A stretch of 64,000 bases of DNA from Lama glama. Taxonomy: Eukaryota. Below the pieces are notes generated by a model. The model saw only the letters and a list, made by a program, of their open reading frames with translations. It had not been told where the DNA came from and made no database searches. Positions 34,604 to 47,740 of this stretch are shown here, piece after piece. Position 1 is the first letter of the stretch. Each line of letters starts with the position of its first letter. Both the position numbers and the translations under genes were made by a program. The stretch is from the NCBI GenBank assembly GCA_028534125.1, contig CM052817.1:47494001-47558000 (forward strand), in the 5' to 3' direction.

Positions 34604-36459
34604 CTGGACCCATAATTCTAGAAGAGAGTCCCTACGCCACAGGTTAAACTAACGTAACATGATAACCAAACAGTGCTGCTGCCTCCAAGGTTCCTTTGCT
34701 TTTAACTGAAAAATCAATTTAAAAGAAAACCTTTTTTTCCTGGGTATTTCCCCACCTGTATTTTTTCCAGGGTCCTAACACACAGAAAAGCTTTTTTGCT
34801 TGCTAAGCGAATCGTCTTTCTCATTCCTGAAGAAAAGAATCAATTCTATTTGAGCTTTTGGTACATTTCCACTGCTCCAGAGGCTGGGAGAGTTTGTAAG
34901 GTCTCGTGGCTGAATGCCTATACTTGATGCTCCCAAACTCCTTTGATACTTAAAGGAAGTCAAAGCATAATCAGCATAAAAGGGCAGACTCATGCTTATG
35001 GAGAACCACCATCTGACCCTGATAGTCTGCCCTTCTGGAGAACTACTGAAATGGGCCCAAATTACCCAAATGAAGACATTCACAGAAGTTTTAACAGGTT
35101 GTTGCAACAGTCCAAGCTACTACTATACATAAAGAGCTGCTGGATGTGGAGGTGGACAGGAGGGGACAGGTTTAAGAGATGTCCGCAGGACTTGGTAATA
35201 GATTGACTGTAACACTTGAAGAAGAGGAAGGAGTAAAGGGTGATTTCATCTTTAATTGTGATAGAACATGCAGAGAGAAGAACAGGTTTTCAGGAGAAGG
35301 CAAGTATTTTGTGCAATACACAGGTACACTTCCAAATAAATAGATCTGTTCCTGGAGTTGAACAGATGGCTCTGGCGCATGAGAGAGGTGAATCAGTGAG
35401 AGATATTTGGAATTCATCATCCTATACATAATTGTTGGAAGAAACAGCAGTGGAGGAATATTGCAGGTGAAGTATGTGAGAAGAGAAGAGGATGGAAAAC
35501 TAAAGTTTGAGACACACTAACGTATGTGGGCTAGGCAGGGGAAAGGAGCTAATAATGCTAAAGAAACAGACTAATATCATTGATGAACATAGTGGTAAAC
35601 AGTACTAAACACTACAAAATATGGTTAGATGGCTTATTTTTTCATGATGAATATTAGTAAAAGAGGAAGAGGAACTCCAAGAAAGGGAGTGATCCAATAT
35701 GGGAAATGGAGTTGATATTTGGAACAAGCGTCTTTAAGGAAGTGGAAAGAGCTTAGAAGGAAATAGAGACTTAGTGCTTCCACTGTGACAGGAAGAGAAA
35801 GACAGGCAAGGTGGTCGTCAGCAAAGAACAGACATTGGCATCACATCGCTGTATTTGCACTTCAGATGTGCTAGTCATTTGGGGGAAATCTGTGTAACTT
35901 CTCTGGTTCTCACTCTCTTTTTAAAGTGATAAAAGTGTCTCCTTTGTCGGGTTTGAACTTTCATGATAGTGGAGGGTGAGCTTTTGCACTTGTTCTTCCC
36001 TTTGCCTGGGTCGCTTGTTCCTCAGGTAAGCGCATGTCCATTCCCTTCCAGTCCAGGGCTTCCAGCTCTGACTCCTCAGGCTGCGGTAGCTCCTGCCTCT
36101 CCCACTCATCCTCTGTCTCATCACTCAGAGTTACCTTCTTCATCACATCTGTTGCCATCTGAAGTGACCTTGTCTGCATGTCTTTTTGTGCTCATTTTTT
36201 CTGTGCTTACAGCCTATTTTACCTATTAGAATACATTCATGGGATAAGAACAGAAATGCAAACTCATTTATTATTCAGTTCCCCACCCCTCGGACAGTTA
36301 GGCACAGTTCAGTTCAGTACATATGGCAAGATATTTCATTAAAAAGTAGTTACTATTAGTCTGAGATTGGAGGTGAAAGAAGAGGAGATGGCAGGTTAGG
36401 AGCCAGCTACCCTCTCTGAGCAAAAAGGATGCAGAGAAGGACCTTGTTGTTTCTCTATT

Positions 36460-36557
36460 TTATATATAGTCGTAACTGCAAATCTGAATCACAGTGATGC
36501 ACACCAGAAACTAACACAACATTGCAAATCAATTATGCTTCAGTTTAAAACAAAAAG
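36460..36557 (+). mobile_element. Very short L1 3' terminus
   Basis: acaccagaaactaacacaacattgcaaatcaattatgcttcag followed by A-rich tail. Confidence 0.6.
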
Positions 36558-36789
36558 AATATAGAGGGCAGGACTGCAAATCCAAGCAGTCATGTGTTTG
36601 GAGCTTTTAGTTCTACAAGAGGTGGTTGTGGATAGAGTAATGTTTTCACAGTCCATTACAGAGTTCTTTTATGTCCAGCTAAAATTACCCAGGCTATCTT
36701 GTCATCACTTGCTTGCCTTTAGTTAACCTCTTTTAAAAAACCCAATGTACATACCATTTCTTTGCTTCTGTGGGAATAATATTACTAAT

Positions 36790-37010
36790 GATGGCTGAGA
36801 ATTTTTATTTTCATATTTGCAAGGCCCAGGCACCATTAAGCACTGTACATACATGAGCTCATTTATTGCTCTCAGCAACCTTATAAGGACAGTAGTATAG
36901 TTATCCTATTTTACAGATGAGGAAACTGAGGCACAGAGACAAGCAATATGCCTCAAGTCCCATAGCTAAGAGCAAGCCCAGGCAGTTTGGTTGGGGAGCC
37001 CATGTGCTTA
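36790..37010 (-). mobile_element. MIR SINE
   Basis: cctattttacagatgaggaaactgaggcacagaga core. Confidence 0.85.
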
Positions 37011-37829
37011 CCCACTGAGCTACAATGCCTCTCAAGACCTCATCCACCCATCTGAAAGGAAAATGGATGTTGCTTTGTTGAGGCCAGACAAAGCCGTTCA
37101 TCAGCTAGTCAGACAAAGCAGGTCAGCTTGTCCTGCCAGGGAAGTGTCCTGGGAGAAACTGTCCTGTCTGGGAATCAACCTGGAAGGAATTTTCCCTTCA
37201 AGGAAAGGAATACTTGATTTGATTTTACCTTTTTTCCCTTCCCTCACATCATTGGCAACCCCTTCCAATTTAAGGTCATCTGAAAATTGAATTAATGTTT
37301 TGTTTATCTCTTCTTTCATGTAGTTTAATATATATTCTGGGCTCAACCCTGAACACCTCATAGAAAATCTACCCATGCTCCCACTGACTGGCTGACATGG
37401 TGAAAGGATATTCAGTTTTGCATAGGCAAACTTTGATTTGCATTAAATAGTGTCAAATATGTATCTTCTTAGAATGTTTGTGCTTAATGCTTTGCTTATA
37501 ACCCAAAACACTGATTATAAATTTCAGCCCTATCTTTTCTTTTCTTACTCAGTTTTTCCAGTGATCTGCTCCAGCCCTACTTTATTTTTCCCAATATATT
37601 TTTAGACTATATTGATCATCAAAAAATCTTTCTTCGGAGTAAATTTAGAGTCTAATTCCTCATTTCCGTAAAGTTTACATGAAGGAAAATTATGATAAGG
37701 AAGTTAAGTTTTTAAGGTTTCTTTATCAATATGTTTCCCCATCAGTTTCTTAAACTCAGGGGTAATGAATCACTGTTGATTATTCTAAAATGAGATCTCT
37801 TGTGCATAGTGAAAGTGTCTGCAGGTGTG

Positions 37830-38080
37830 TGGAAGTGTAGCAAGGTGGTGAAAACTACTAACCGTGGAGTCAGACTGCCTAGGTGTTCATCCTCTGTTCT
37901 GTGTACTGACTGTGTGACCTTGGGCAAGGTACTTAACTTCTCTGGGCCTTAATTTCATTAGATGGAAAATGGAGATAATAATATCTCTAAAGTTGTTGCA
38001 AGGATTATTTGAATTAACATAGGTAAAGCATCTAGAACAGTTCCAGAGCCTGGAAAGACCTTTATAATGCTGTTTTCTTT
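37830..38080 (+). mobile_element. MIR SINE
   Basis: ggagtcagactgcctagg..tgtgtgaccttgggcaaggtacttaacttctctgggcct..aaaatggagataata. Confidence 0.85.
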
Positions 38081-38809
38081 GTTGTTGATACTCCTGTTAG
38101 GGAAAAAATTGCTTTCCTTGTCAGTATGAGTTATAAAAATGCTTTCTTAACAAATGGTATTTTAGTTCATCTTGACAGGTTCAAATAGTTAATTCAGCCT
38201 AATATACTTCTAGTTCTTTCTGTGTATCATTTATTGATTTTAAAATTGGTGATTAATTCATAGCCAGATCATAAGTTTCTTTATACCTCTTACATAATGT
38301 TTTAATCAATGACACTGGAAAACAGTCTTAATCAAGATAACTTCAATATTTTTCTTTGTTTTTGAGTCCAGTGACTCAGTGTTTTCCTCAGGCTAAAATA
38401 TTTTAAAATTCTTATTTAATTTTCAGGAAGTTGTTTTACTTATGTGTAAATATACAAAAAGGCAGACACACCAACTGGTATGTAAGTACATTCAGGTATG
38501 TAAAGCAACTTGTCCTTCACCCCTCTAAAATGTGCATACTGCCATCTGCTGGAAGGAGCTTTTGTACAGCATTTACAGAATATTTTTGAAAAAAAATGTG
38601 TTAAACGTTTTTCCCATTTTTTTTCATAATTTAAACTACATCTTTGAATCTATTGAGAGCAAACAAACTTACAGTGTAAGAGTCGTCAAGTCCTTTTCAG
38701 TGAAAACTAAGATGGGGACAATGTGTTTTATTTGTTTATTTGTTTCCTCTTTTCAGGTAGATCATGAAAATACATCCACAAACCTTTGAAACTTTTTGCA
38801 TGGACAGGT

Positions 38810-39030
38810 AGAGGTGTGCTAAAGTGCTTTGTATTTTGCTGAGGGCATTTGTGTGACATTTTGCTTGATTTGAACAGCAACCATGTGAAGTAGGCAGAAG
38901 AAGTATGATCATAATTTGCCAGTGAGAAAACAGAGGCCCAGAGAGTTTAAGCAACCAACCCAAGGTCACTCAGTTTATCAGCGGCATAGCTGGGACCAGA
39001 TTCCAGGTCTTCGAGTATGTCTCATCCCGT
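38810..39030 (-). mobile_element. MIR SINE
   Basis: gagaaaacagaggcccagagagtttaagcaacc..cccaaggtcac. Confidence 0.75.
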
Positions 39031-39703
39031 GGTGCTGATTATTTCTCCAACTCTTATCATAGCCTCCATGTCTCAGAGCGTAAAAACATTGCATCCTGTT
39101 CCTGGCCAGATGACAAGCAGCCAAATTAGTAACTGCATTTTAAAAGTGAATAATGTACAGGAAACAACTTATTTAAACCTTGAAAAGCAACATAATAAAT
39201 GATATCCTAAATAATGTATTGTGCTTTGCCCAATACAGACACCTAATATTTGTTGATTTGCCCCATTGAAAGAATATCTTCTGCTATGTACAAATATTGC
39301 CTTATTATTTGATTATTTCTACCCATAATAATTTAGTTATACCTTGAGACAGTTTCACAGATGTGTGCTGACTCAGCATTCTGCAGCTGATTTTGGTTTC
39401 TACTGGAACACCCTGTTATCTAAGTAGCCTGGCATAATAGTGATTTTTGTTAAATAATACTTTTCTTTTGGCGAATGGTAAATTTGACTTTAAGAAAGTG
39501 TCTTTTTATTCCATCAGGTTATAATGTAATATTGCCACTGAGAACATGACTTTTGTCTATTATACTTTCTCAGCATTGTACTGATTTTAAAATGTACCAA
39601 GTACAAATGAATTTGCGAATTTAGGGTGATGATATATTATACATTACACTAACTCAGATATTACCAACTATTTGTTATGATTGCCACTTTTCATTTATTT
39701 TAT

Positions 39704-39791
39704 TTTATTTTATTTTCTGGAGATTGGGGAGTGAACCCAGGACCTTGCGTTTGCTAAGTGCGTGCACTCTACCACTGAGCTATACCCCACC
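39704..39791 (-). mobile_element. tRNA-derived SINE (camelid Vic-1-like)
   Basis: Minus strand reads ggggtatagctcagtggtagagtgcacgcacttagcaaacgcaaggtcctgggttcactcccc plus (AAAAT)n tail; 13-bp TSD tcatttattttat at 39691-39703 and 39792-39804. Confidence 0.85.
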
Positions 39792-40967
39792 TCATTTATT
39801 TTATGATTCTAATAGTTTTCCGATATATGTGTTTCCTATAACATTTAGAAGTGTAATTGTCAGTGCTCTTCTGCAGTGGCTGCAAGGGCCTCCCTCCGCT
39901 GCATCACCTCTCCTCCAGAAATTAATTCATTTCTATTCGTTTATTTTTGTTTAGTTTAAAATTTTATTGTTTCCCTATTTTGTGCATTTACTAACATTGA
40001 TTGCAACATTTTTTTAACATTAAATGCATTTACATTTCAGTCACATTAAGCTAAGTACAGGTTATAACTTTGTGTGTGAAGCCGTGTTGCTAATTCAGCT
40101 GCCTTTATGAGAAATCTTTGGAATGTCCACGAGTCTCTAGATGAATGTGACAGGCCTGGCTTTGGACTTTTACATGTATTGGAACTATGATGTTGGATAT
40201 TTCATCTCAGATAATTAATCCAGAAGAGGAGGGGGATTCAGGATTCAGTCTTCAATTAGGCAGTGTGAGTTAAGGAGTAAGGTAAGAAAATCTGGCCATG
40301 ACCAAAAGGGTCATACGAAATCACAGGTTTGGGGCCAGGATTCTTCTTTTTTTATAGATATATTGACCTGAAATCTTCCCCTTTAATAGTGTGAACCCTT
40401 GGGTTTTAGTTTTATTTGCTGCAGATATACAGAATAAATGAACCCCTCTTCCACATGGTGACTATCAAGTCTTCTTTCTAGGTTTTCTTTCCTACTTCCC
40501 ACACTCTAACGTGATTTAGTGTCCCTCTCTCCTTCTCATTCATAAAATTTTTGAGCAATTTGCGTACTTGAATTAAATCTTTCAATTCTTACCCCAGCCC
40601 TCTGAGGAGATAGTATGTCCATTTGATTGAGGCTCAGAAAGATGAAGACCGCACGAGCAATGATAGGTCAAACCGAGATGTCACCTGAGACTACTAGAGA
40701 TCGCCCAGCATTTTTTATGTGACACATTTTCTAAGCTCCATGCTGTTTGCTTAAAGAGAAGCCTGGATACCTTCCTGTTTGTCTACACCTCTTTTATAAA
40801 ACAGAGCAGACAGAATGAACTCAATACTTCAGGTGTTCTCTGGCCTATAGTAAAACAACTTGGGCATGACCTACCAGCCTGTATACCTGTGCACTGCAAG
40901 AGTGAATTGCAAATTTTTTTTCACTCCTTGGCTTATCTTGAAGAGGTATTAAATTGGGTCTTACCAT

Positions 40968-41047
40968 TGTATGTGTGTGTTTGTAAATGCATATGTGTGT
41001 GTGTGTGTGTGTGTATACGTATATGTATATATATATATACACATATG
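40968..41047. repeat. Compound (TG)n/(TA)n microsatellite
   Basis: Read directly. Confidence 0.95.
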
Positions 41048-42271
41048 CATTTTTCCACTTAAAGGGACCCTAAATCTTTTCTTGTTAAACTACACTTTGT
41101 CATCTTTTGTATATACTAGCTCTCCTAGATCTTTTACCTTTATCTTAGTAGTTCTTCCCTTTTTTGTTCCATCTGCAAATTCAGTAAGTATTCATTTTAG
41201 TCTGCATTTAAGGCCTTGATATTTCAAGGTGTTCTGTGTAGTTGCATTAGATTCCTAAAACATTTCATGTGAGATGTCTTGGTCTGTTTCTTGGTCTTTG
41301 TCACAATTCACAATTTTATGATTCAAGGATTTCTTTTTCTTAGACCATCCTATTAACCTTGAATTATATTTCTTTTTAAAGCTTCTCTTTATAAGACTGT
41401 ACCTATCTTTCTTCTGTAGGTTATAAATTTGCTGTGCCTTCTGTCCAAACCTCCTGGATCTCAAGTTGAATCGCTGTTGATTTTCCATCCTTCTTTTAGT
41501 TATTGTGACAAATGTTGGTTCCCTGTTCCTGAGAACAACTAAGAACTTTGAAATCTAGCCAGATAACTCCACCTTTCCCATTTCTGCTAGCATTTGCCAA
41601 CTAACTAAGCAATCTTTATTCACAGTGATTTTGCACTAGCATAACCAGAGGGTATAAGCCTACTTTATATTCATATCTGCCAATAATTTACCATGTGTTT
41701 TTGCATGTCAGCTAATCTCTATGGTCTTTATCTTCATCATCTGTGTAAATCTGTGTTGGACTATGATCTCTGAGGTTGCCTAAGTTCTAATATCTGATTC
41801 TAAAGTATACCAAATCACTTAGAGAAATTTTAATTTAACATTTAAAACTAAGTAAAAAGTAGTGACTCAACTTTGACCTTCTGAGCTATACCCAGGATGA
41901 TATTCATATTATGTGTACTTAGCAATTCAAATATTGAAGGATTTCTATACTGTAGGACTTCTAAATAATTGTTGCCTCAGCTGCCCCACTCCTGGGCAGG
42001 GTGGGGGAGGGCCAGTGGGAGGGCCACCCTGTTACTGGCCCACAGATAGACCACCACAGCTCCTGTACACTGGCTCCATTTCCAAGGGCACCCCAACTAG
42101 ACATAGTACCCCCAGTGGTGAGGGGGCACTCAGGAAGACATCTTGCCCTTTTCCTCCATATGGTTGTAGCCACTCATGGCTGGCACATGCTTGAGCAGAG
42201 TCACCCTCTTGTGGTTGCTTGTTGTGGTTGATGAATGTTCTGTGTGGATTGTAGTGCATGTGGACTCCTAA

Positions 42272-42900
42272 TGTTGCAGGAAAATGGGACATGAGAATCC
42301 CTGGAATGTGTTCCAACAAGTGACAGTCCTTGGCTTCTCGCAGGAAAGAATTCAAGTGCAAGCCGAAGTAGAGTGAAAGTAGGTTTATTCAGGCAGATAC
42401 ACTCTCCATAGGCAGTATGCGGGCCATCTCAAGGGGCGAGAGGTGGCCCCAGGGCCACCAGGGGTCTTCCTGGAAACTGAAAGCAGTTTAGGAGACACAC
42501 ACTCCATAGGCAGAGGGCTGGCCATCTCCAAAGGCAAGAGAGAGAGCGACCATGAGGTGTGGGGTGGTTAGTTTTTATAAGCTCAGTAATTTCATATGCT
42601 AACAAGCCAGGGGAGTATTCCAACTACTTTCAGGAATGGGTGGGGGGGGATTCCCAGGAATTGGGCCACTGCCCACTTTTTGGGCTTTTATGGTTAGCCT
42701 CGAACTGTCATGGCGCCTGTGGGAGTGTCATTTACCATGCTAATATGTTAGAATAAGTGTATAATGAAGCTCAAGGTCTACTGGAAGTCACATCTTCTGC
42801 CATCTTGGGCCTAGTTGGGTTTTAACCAGTTTACGTCCTGTTCTCAATGGCTGTGTCATTCTTTCAATGGTTGTGCCCTAACCCCTTCCCTCCTGTCTCA
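42272..42900 (-). mobile_element. ERV1-type solo LTR, 629 bp
   Basis: TG..CA termini, 4-bp TSD ctaa/ttaa, antisense AATAAA at 42384-42389, antisense TATAAA near 42574-42579. Confidence 0.85.
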
Positions 42901-43185
42901 TTAACGCTACAGTGGTTTAGTGAAGTCCTTTTAAAGTATATTCTCTTTGTTCATGGTACTGTGGGCTTTACAAAATCAGCAATTCACATAACCAAGAATT
43001 ACTTTAAAGTTAACAGGAAATGATTTCATTTCATTTTCATTCATTTTCATTCAGTTTAAATTAAATTTTTAAACAGTGACTTGACTCCAGTATTTGGAAT
43101 TGCATGGCTGAGCCCTGAAATGTTGTGCATCCTATGACATCCTTCATATTGCCTTTCTCCTAGTTACTATCTGCTTTGTTTCTAG

Positions 43186-43269
43186 GTGAATGAAATTTAC
43201 CACGATGAGTCGCTCGGAGTGCATATAAATGTGGTCCTGGTGCGCATGATAATGCTGGGTTACACAAAG
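43186..43269 (+). CDS. ADAMTS3: ADAMTS3 coding exon (~exon 6), metalloprotease domain
   Basis: tttctag|GTG to ACAAAG|gtaaaa, 84 nt, phase 0 to 0. [28 protein letters not shown]; not in the ORF track. Confidence 0.96.
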
Positions 43270-45146
43270 GTAAAATGTGAATGATGAACATTAAAGATGG
43301 GGTTAGCAAACATTAGCTTACCAAAGCCATACCTGACCTGTGGTGTAGACATGTCTCACGTAGACCTCGGTTGCTCTGAACTGTTGAAGAGAAACCGCCA
43401 CAATGAACTGAGCTCTCTAAATTAGAGCAGATGATGAATGATTTTGGAGTTGGTACCGTTTGCTTTGTTTACCTCTGTCTAATGGAGTTGGAGATAATTA
43501 TCCTGGTTTTAGGCATGACTGCAGGGATATAATGAATGGATACTGTAGTGAGGAAAGAGAATTTCCTTAATTCGTCATCATCATCATCATCAAATTAATG
43601 ATTCATTTATGAATTCAAAACATCTGTATTTAGTACCTACTGTGTGTCAGGTGCTTTCTAGGTGCTGCTTCAAAAATATTAGTGAAGCAAAAGAACAGAG
43701 ATCCTTACCCTCCCATGATTTGTTAAAAACCATATTGTACATGCATATCTTTCCAGTTAAGAAAAGTGAAGCACACAATGAATTTTTTTTTTAAATTTAT
43801 AAAGTGTTTAATCTTTTTGAAAACAAAACGTTGGGTCAAAATGCATATCATAGGCATTTTATGGAATGTCAATTTAGCTGGCTTTAAAATGGTACTAGAT
43901 GTGTCCCTGTCCTTGGAAATAATGGAATAGATGTAATAGTCTTTCCCTTTGAGGAGAGAATAACAGGGGGAGTGACTAACTGGCAACTTTCTTGATGTTC
44001 AAAATTATGTTCCCTCCTCCCATAATTAATCCTCCTGATTATGGAACACTAGTGAAATTATGTATTTAGCAAGCAGGAAAAATTCCATGTGGTTTCATTT
44101 CATTATGTATTAAAATTTACCATTTTCTGGTGAGAGGGTGTCTTTGATCTTTAGTTTATCCACCAACCTGACCTACTTTGTGTCTCCAGTACTGAATGCA
44201 AGTCAACTCCAGCTGGAGATGTTAACAGCCTTCAATTAGTTGTTAAATCATTTGTTTGGAGAAGTAAGTGATCAGCATATAACAAATCAAGCTTTTTTTT
44301 TTTTAGATTAAGAATGTAAACACTGATAACAACATTTGCTGAAATGTAACAAAATTCTCAAGCCTGTCAGCCAAGTAGGGACTGATTTGGGATTCCAAGT
44401 TCAGTTTCTCATTCCATCAGAACTACTCTGGGAATTGTGGCTCCTGGGCTCTTAAAGGATGGGCCCTTTCCCTCTGAACTTTTAACTCCTGACCATAATG
44501 GGATAGTAGCAGCATTCCAAGGAATGTCAATCCATCTCTCAGAACTGAAAAATCAGAGTATATCCCTCTTCATTGAGGTGAGGTTAAAAAAAATGGTAGT
44601 TTTCTTTCAGTGTGAAGTTTATATAATTTGACTGTTCTTCATAAATGAAGTTTTGACCAGCTTTGCCAGCTCATTGAAATACTTACATTTTTCCCATATG
44701 GACAAAAAAAAAAATTGAAACTGAAGATCTTTCACTTTAACATCTCTGGAAAAAGAGTCTCATGCCCCAATCTTTCCCTCTGTCCTCTATTTTTGTTCTT
44801 AATATTTATGAAACTGAAAATCTCAGCTGAATCAGGAATTCATACCAGAATTTTTACCTAATTGATTAATATTGAATTGCTTCACAATAGCACATCTTAG
44901 CATCACATATTTCCACCAAATGTAATGTCAGTCACCTTTCACCCAGGTAATACTGATCATCATAAAGGTATCCCTCATGGGCATTTAGAATTTCCAAATG
45001 AAAGTGGATATCTAAAAAAGCCCCCAATAATATTATTGTACATTATTTACTTACTGTAATCCCAAACATTAACTTCCCAGGGAAAGTTATTAAAAGCAGC
45101 CTTGAGGAGATGCTGCGTATGTCCTTATCATGTTGTTCCCTCCTAG

Positions 45147-45303
45147 TCCATCAGCCTCATAGAAAGGGGAAATCCATCCAGGAGCTTGGAGAACGTGTGC
45201 CGCTGGGCTTGCCAACAACAAAAATCTGATCCCAATCACTCTGAACACCATGATCATGCAATTTTCCTAACCAGGCAAGACTTTGGACCTGCTGGAATGC
45301 AAG
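45147..45303 (+). CDS. ADAMTS3: ADAMTS3 coding exon (~exon 7), metalloprotease domain
   Basis: tcctag|TCC to CAAG|gtattt, 157 nt. [52 protein letters not shown](G). Confidence 0.96.
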
Positions 45304-46033
45304 GTATTTCCATTAATATGTAGAAGAAAAACTTAAGGGCATGACTTTTCAAAAGTAATCCTAAATCAGGGAATTTGTTCAAATGTCCAACTCCCCACCA
45401 CCACTTTCTACCGTGCCCCAGCCAAGTGTAGATTTTCTTTCTATTGCTTCCAGTGACTTCTGTGGAATTCAGCACGTTAAATGCCACTTAAATCCCATAA
45501 TAAATGGCACTTGTCTTTACAATAATGGATGTGCATGTGGGTTATGGAGGGGATGCTATAAAATGCAGCATGATTTCCACTAACGGCTGGGAACGGGAGG
45601 GGAGATGCCATGAGAAACGTCCGCTGCCAAAGGCCTTTCTTCCCAAGTCAGTTTACATTTATCTAATAAATTCTGATGCCGACTTTGGGAAAAAGTAGAG
45701 TGACAATTTTCTTTTCAACATTGATGGAATTTCTGGCTCCCTTCATCAGTACTGTGATACGAAAGACCATTCACTACGGCAGGGAGACAGAGCTTAGTTG
45801 GTGGGCAGAACAGAATGCTAACCCCAGGCAGTCCCTTCCCTTAGGAAGGGAGAAAATGCAGACTGAGTGAATCTTTTTAGAGCCCGTTACCTGTGGCTTT
45901 TCCCCGAGACTGTGGCACAATGCTAGCAGTGAAACAATTCTGCCTCTGTTTCCTGAAAAGCTTCCCCCCCACCCCGGCAAACATCCAGGAGTAATTCTTA
46001 ATGGGTTTTCTCATAAAACGAAAATAAAAGTAA

Positions 46034-46156
<123 letters not shown>

Positions 46157-46559
46157 TAAGTCACTGTTGACAGCTATAAAGAGAAAAAAAGAAAAGAAAG
46201 AAAGAAAGGTCTTTTCTTCCCTGCTTCTCTTGGTATTGTTCACACTTTGGGCAGAGAGCTCGCCAGCATGCTACTCTCGTCCCTTGCCAAGTGAGAGGAG
46301 CTGACAGCGGCGGAGGGATCACGCGCTGCAACTAAATGAGTGACTCTGGCTTGCAGAGACACTCCCAGGCTTTTCGTAACTATCTAATGAGAAAGGCATT
46401 TCTGTCAGATTTCTCTCCACTTCCCAGTTCCTGGGACTCATCCACAAAAGCCACATTGACGTAAAAAATACCCGTTCCTGGTACTTAATTTCAAAACAGA
46501 AATTACGCACTTGGCCCATATGATGATTCTTAGCAGTGGGGTGTCACTTTGCGTTCCAG

Positions 46560-46703
46560 GTTGGGAATGGAGCACGATGGACAAGGCAACAGGTGCGGCG
46601 ATGAGACCGCGATGGGGAGCGTCATGGCTCCCTTGGTGCAAGCTGCGTTTCATCGTTACCACTGGTCCCGGTGCAGTGGCCAAGAACTGAAAAGATACAT
46701 CCA
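46560..46703 (+). CDS. ADAMTS3: ADAMTS3 coding exon (~exon 9), third zinc His and Met-turn
   Basis: gttccag|G to ATCCA|gtaggt, 144 nt, phase 2 to 2. [47 protein letters not shown](H). Confidence 0.97.
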
Positions 46704-47334
46704 GTAGGTCTCCTTCTGTATGTCATGGGAGCGTTATAGCAGAAATACAGACGTAAAACAGGCTCTTAGAAACTAGGTCATAACAGAGCTCCCAGTGAAT
46801 GGAAGCTGTTGTTCATGATAAACATTTTCTTGTGACTCAGCTTTGGGCACAGTGATTCCATAATGTAACTGCACTATTTTAAGCCATCAGCCTAGAATCT
46901 AAGTGAATTTTTAATCTGTGCTTTCCTTTTAGTAAATTCTTTATGGAATCTGTGCCTAATGATCAAAGTTGATTTGAGGAGGAGGAACGAATTGTCACGT
47001 AATGCCTGCAGGGTGTACCACCTACATCCTGTAGCCTATATACCATGTAGGTGTCAGGGTCTGCCCTGCCACACCATGTGGGAGTTCAGCTAGGGACACG
47101 AATAAGGTTGTCCTGGTTCTACTGCGTTTCTAAGTATGCTTTCCTGGGATGAATGAAGACGAATGGTCTTTTTCTAAACGGAACTGAAACCAAAAACCTT
47201 GAAAGATGTGGCTTTGTCACTGTGCTCTGTGATCTGATGAAATTCCAGAGTATGTAACCTAAGAATACTTTTTCATTAGAGCGTGATTACAAAAAACAAA
47301 CACTTAACAATGCACAATATTTTCCTTCCTACAG

Positions 47335-47467
47335 CTCCTATGACTGTCTCCTTGATGACCCTTTTGAACATGACTGGCCCAAACTCCCAGAACTTCCTGG
47401 AATCAATTATTCTATGGATGAGCAATGTCGTTTTGACTTTGGGGTTGGTTATAAAATGTGCACTGCG
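47335..47467 (+). CDS. ADAMTS3: ADAMTS3 coding exon (~exon 10), end of catalytic domain and start of disintegrin-like domain
   Basis: cctacag|C to ACTGCG|gtatgt, 133 nt. [44 protein letters not shown]. Confidence 0.97.
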
Positions 47468-47579
47468 GTATGTTACTCACGGTCAATTTAGATTTTGCAT
47501 CTTGAAATCCATTTGTGTAGTTCCTGTTTGGTGAGCTCTCCAGACTCACCGGTGCAAGGCTGTCTACCGCTGGTTTTGT

Positions 47580-47740
47580 GTTTGCTGTGTCACTACCTGC
47601 TAAAGCTAAGCTTTAAATATACTATCTTATTTAATCCTTGTGATAGGCTAGAAGGGAGTTGGGATACTTTTATTTTACAGATGATAAAGCCAGGACTCAT
47701 AGCGATTAAGCAACTTGCTTAAGTCACACATCTGGTAAAC
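47580..47740 (-). mobile_element. MIR SINE fragment
   Basis: tattttacagatgataaagccagg..attaagcaacttgcttaagtcacacatctggtaa. Confidence 0.7.

Noticed and set aside
39717..39791. tRNA-Ala-like sequences here and at 52410-52485
   Set aside because: A-rich tails, a TSD (first copy) and no intact cloverleaf indicate SINEs, not tRNA genes.
41970..42250. G-rich patch (gggcaggggtgggggaggg) as a G-quadruplex or regulatory element
   Set aside because: Probably part of an old LTR-like remnant; such motifs are common and nothing else supports function.
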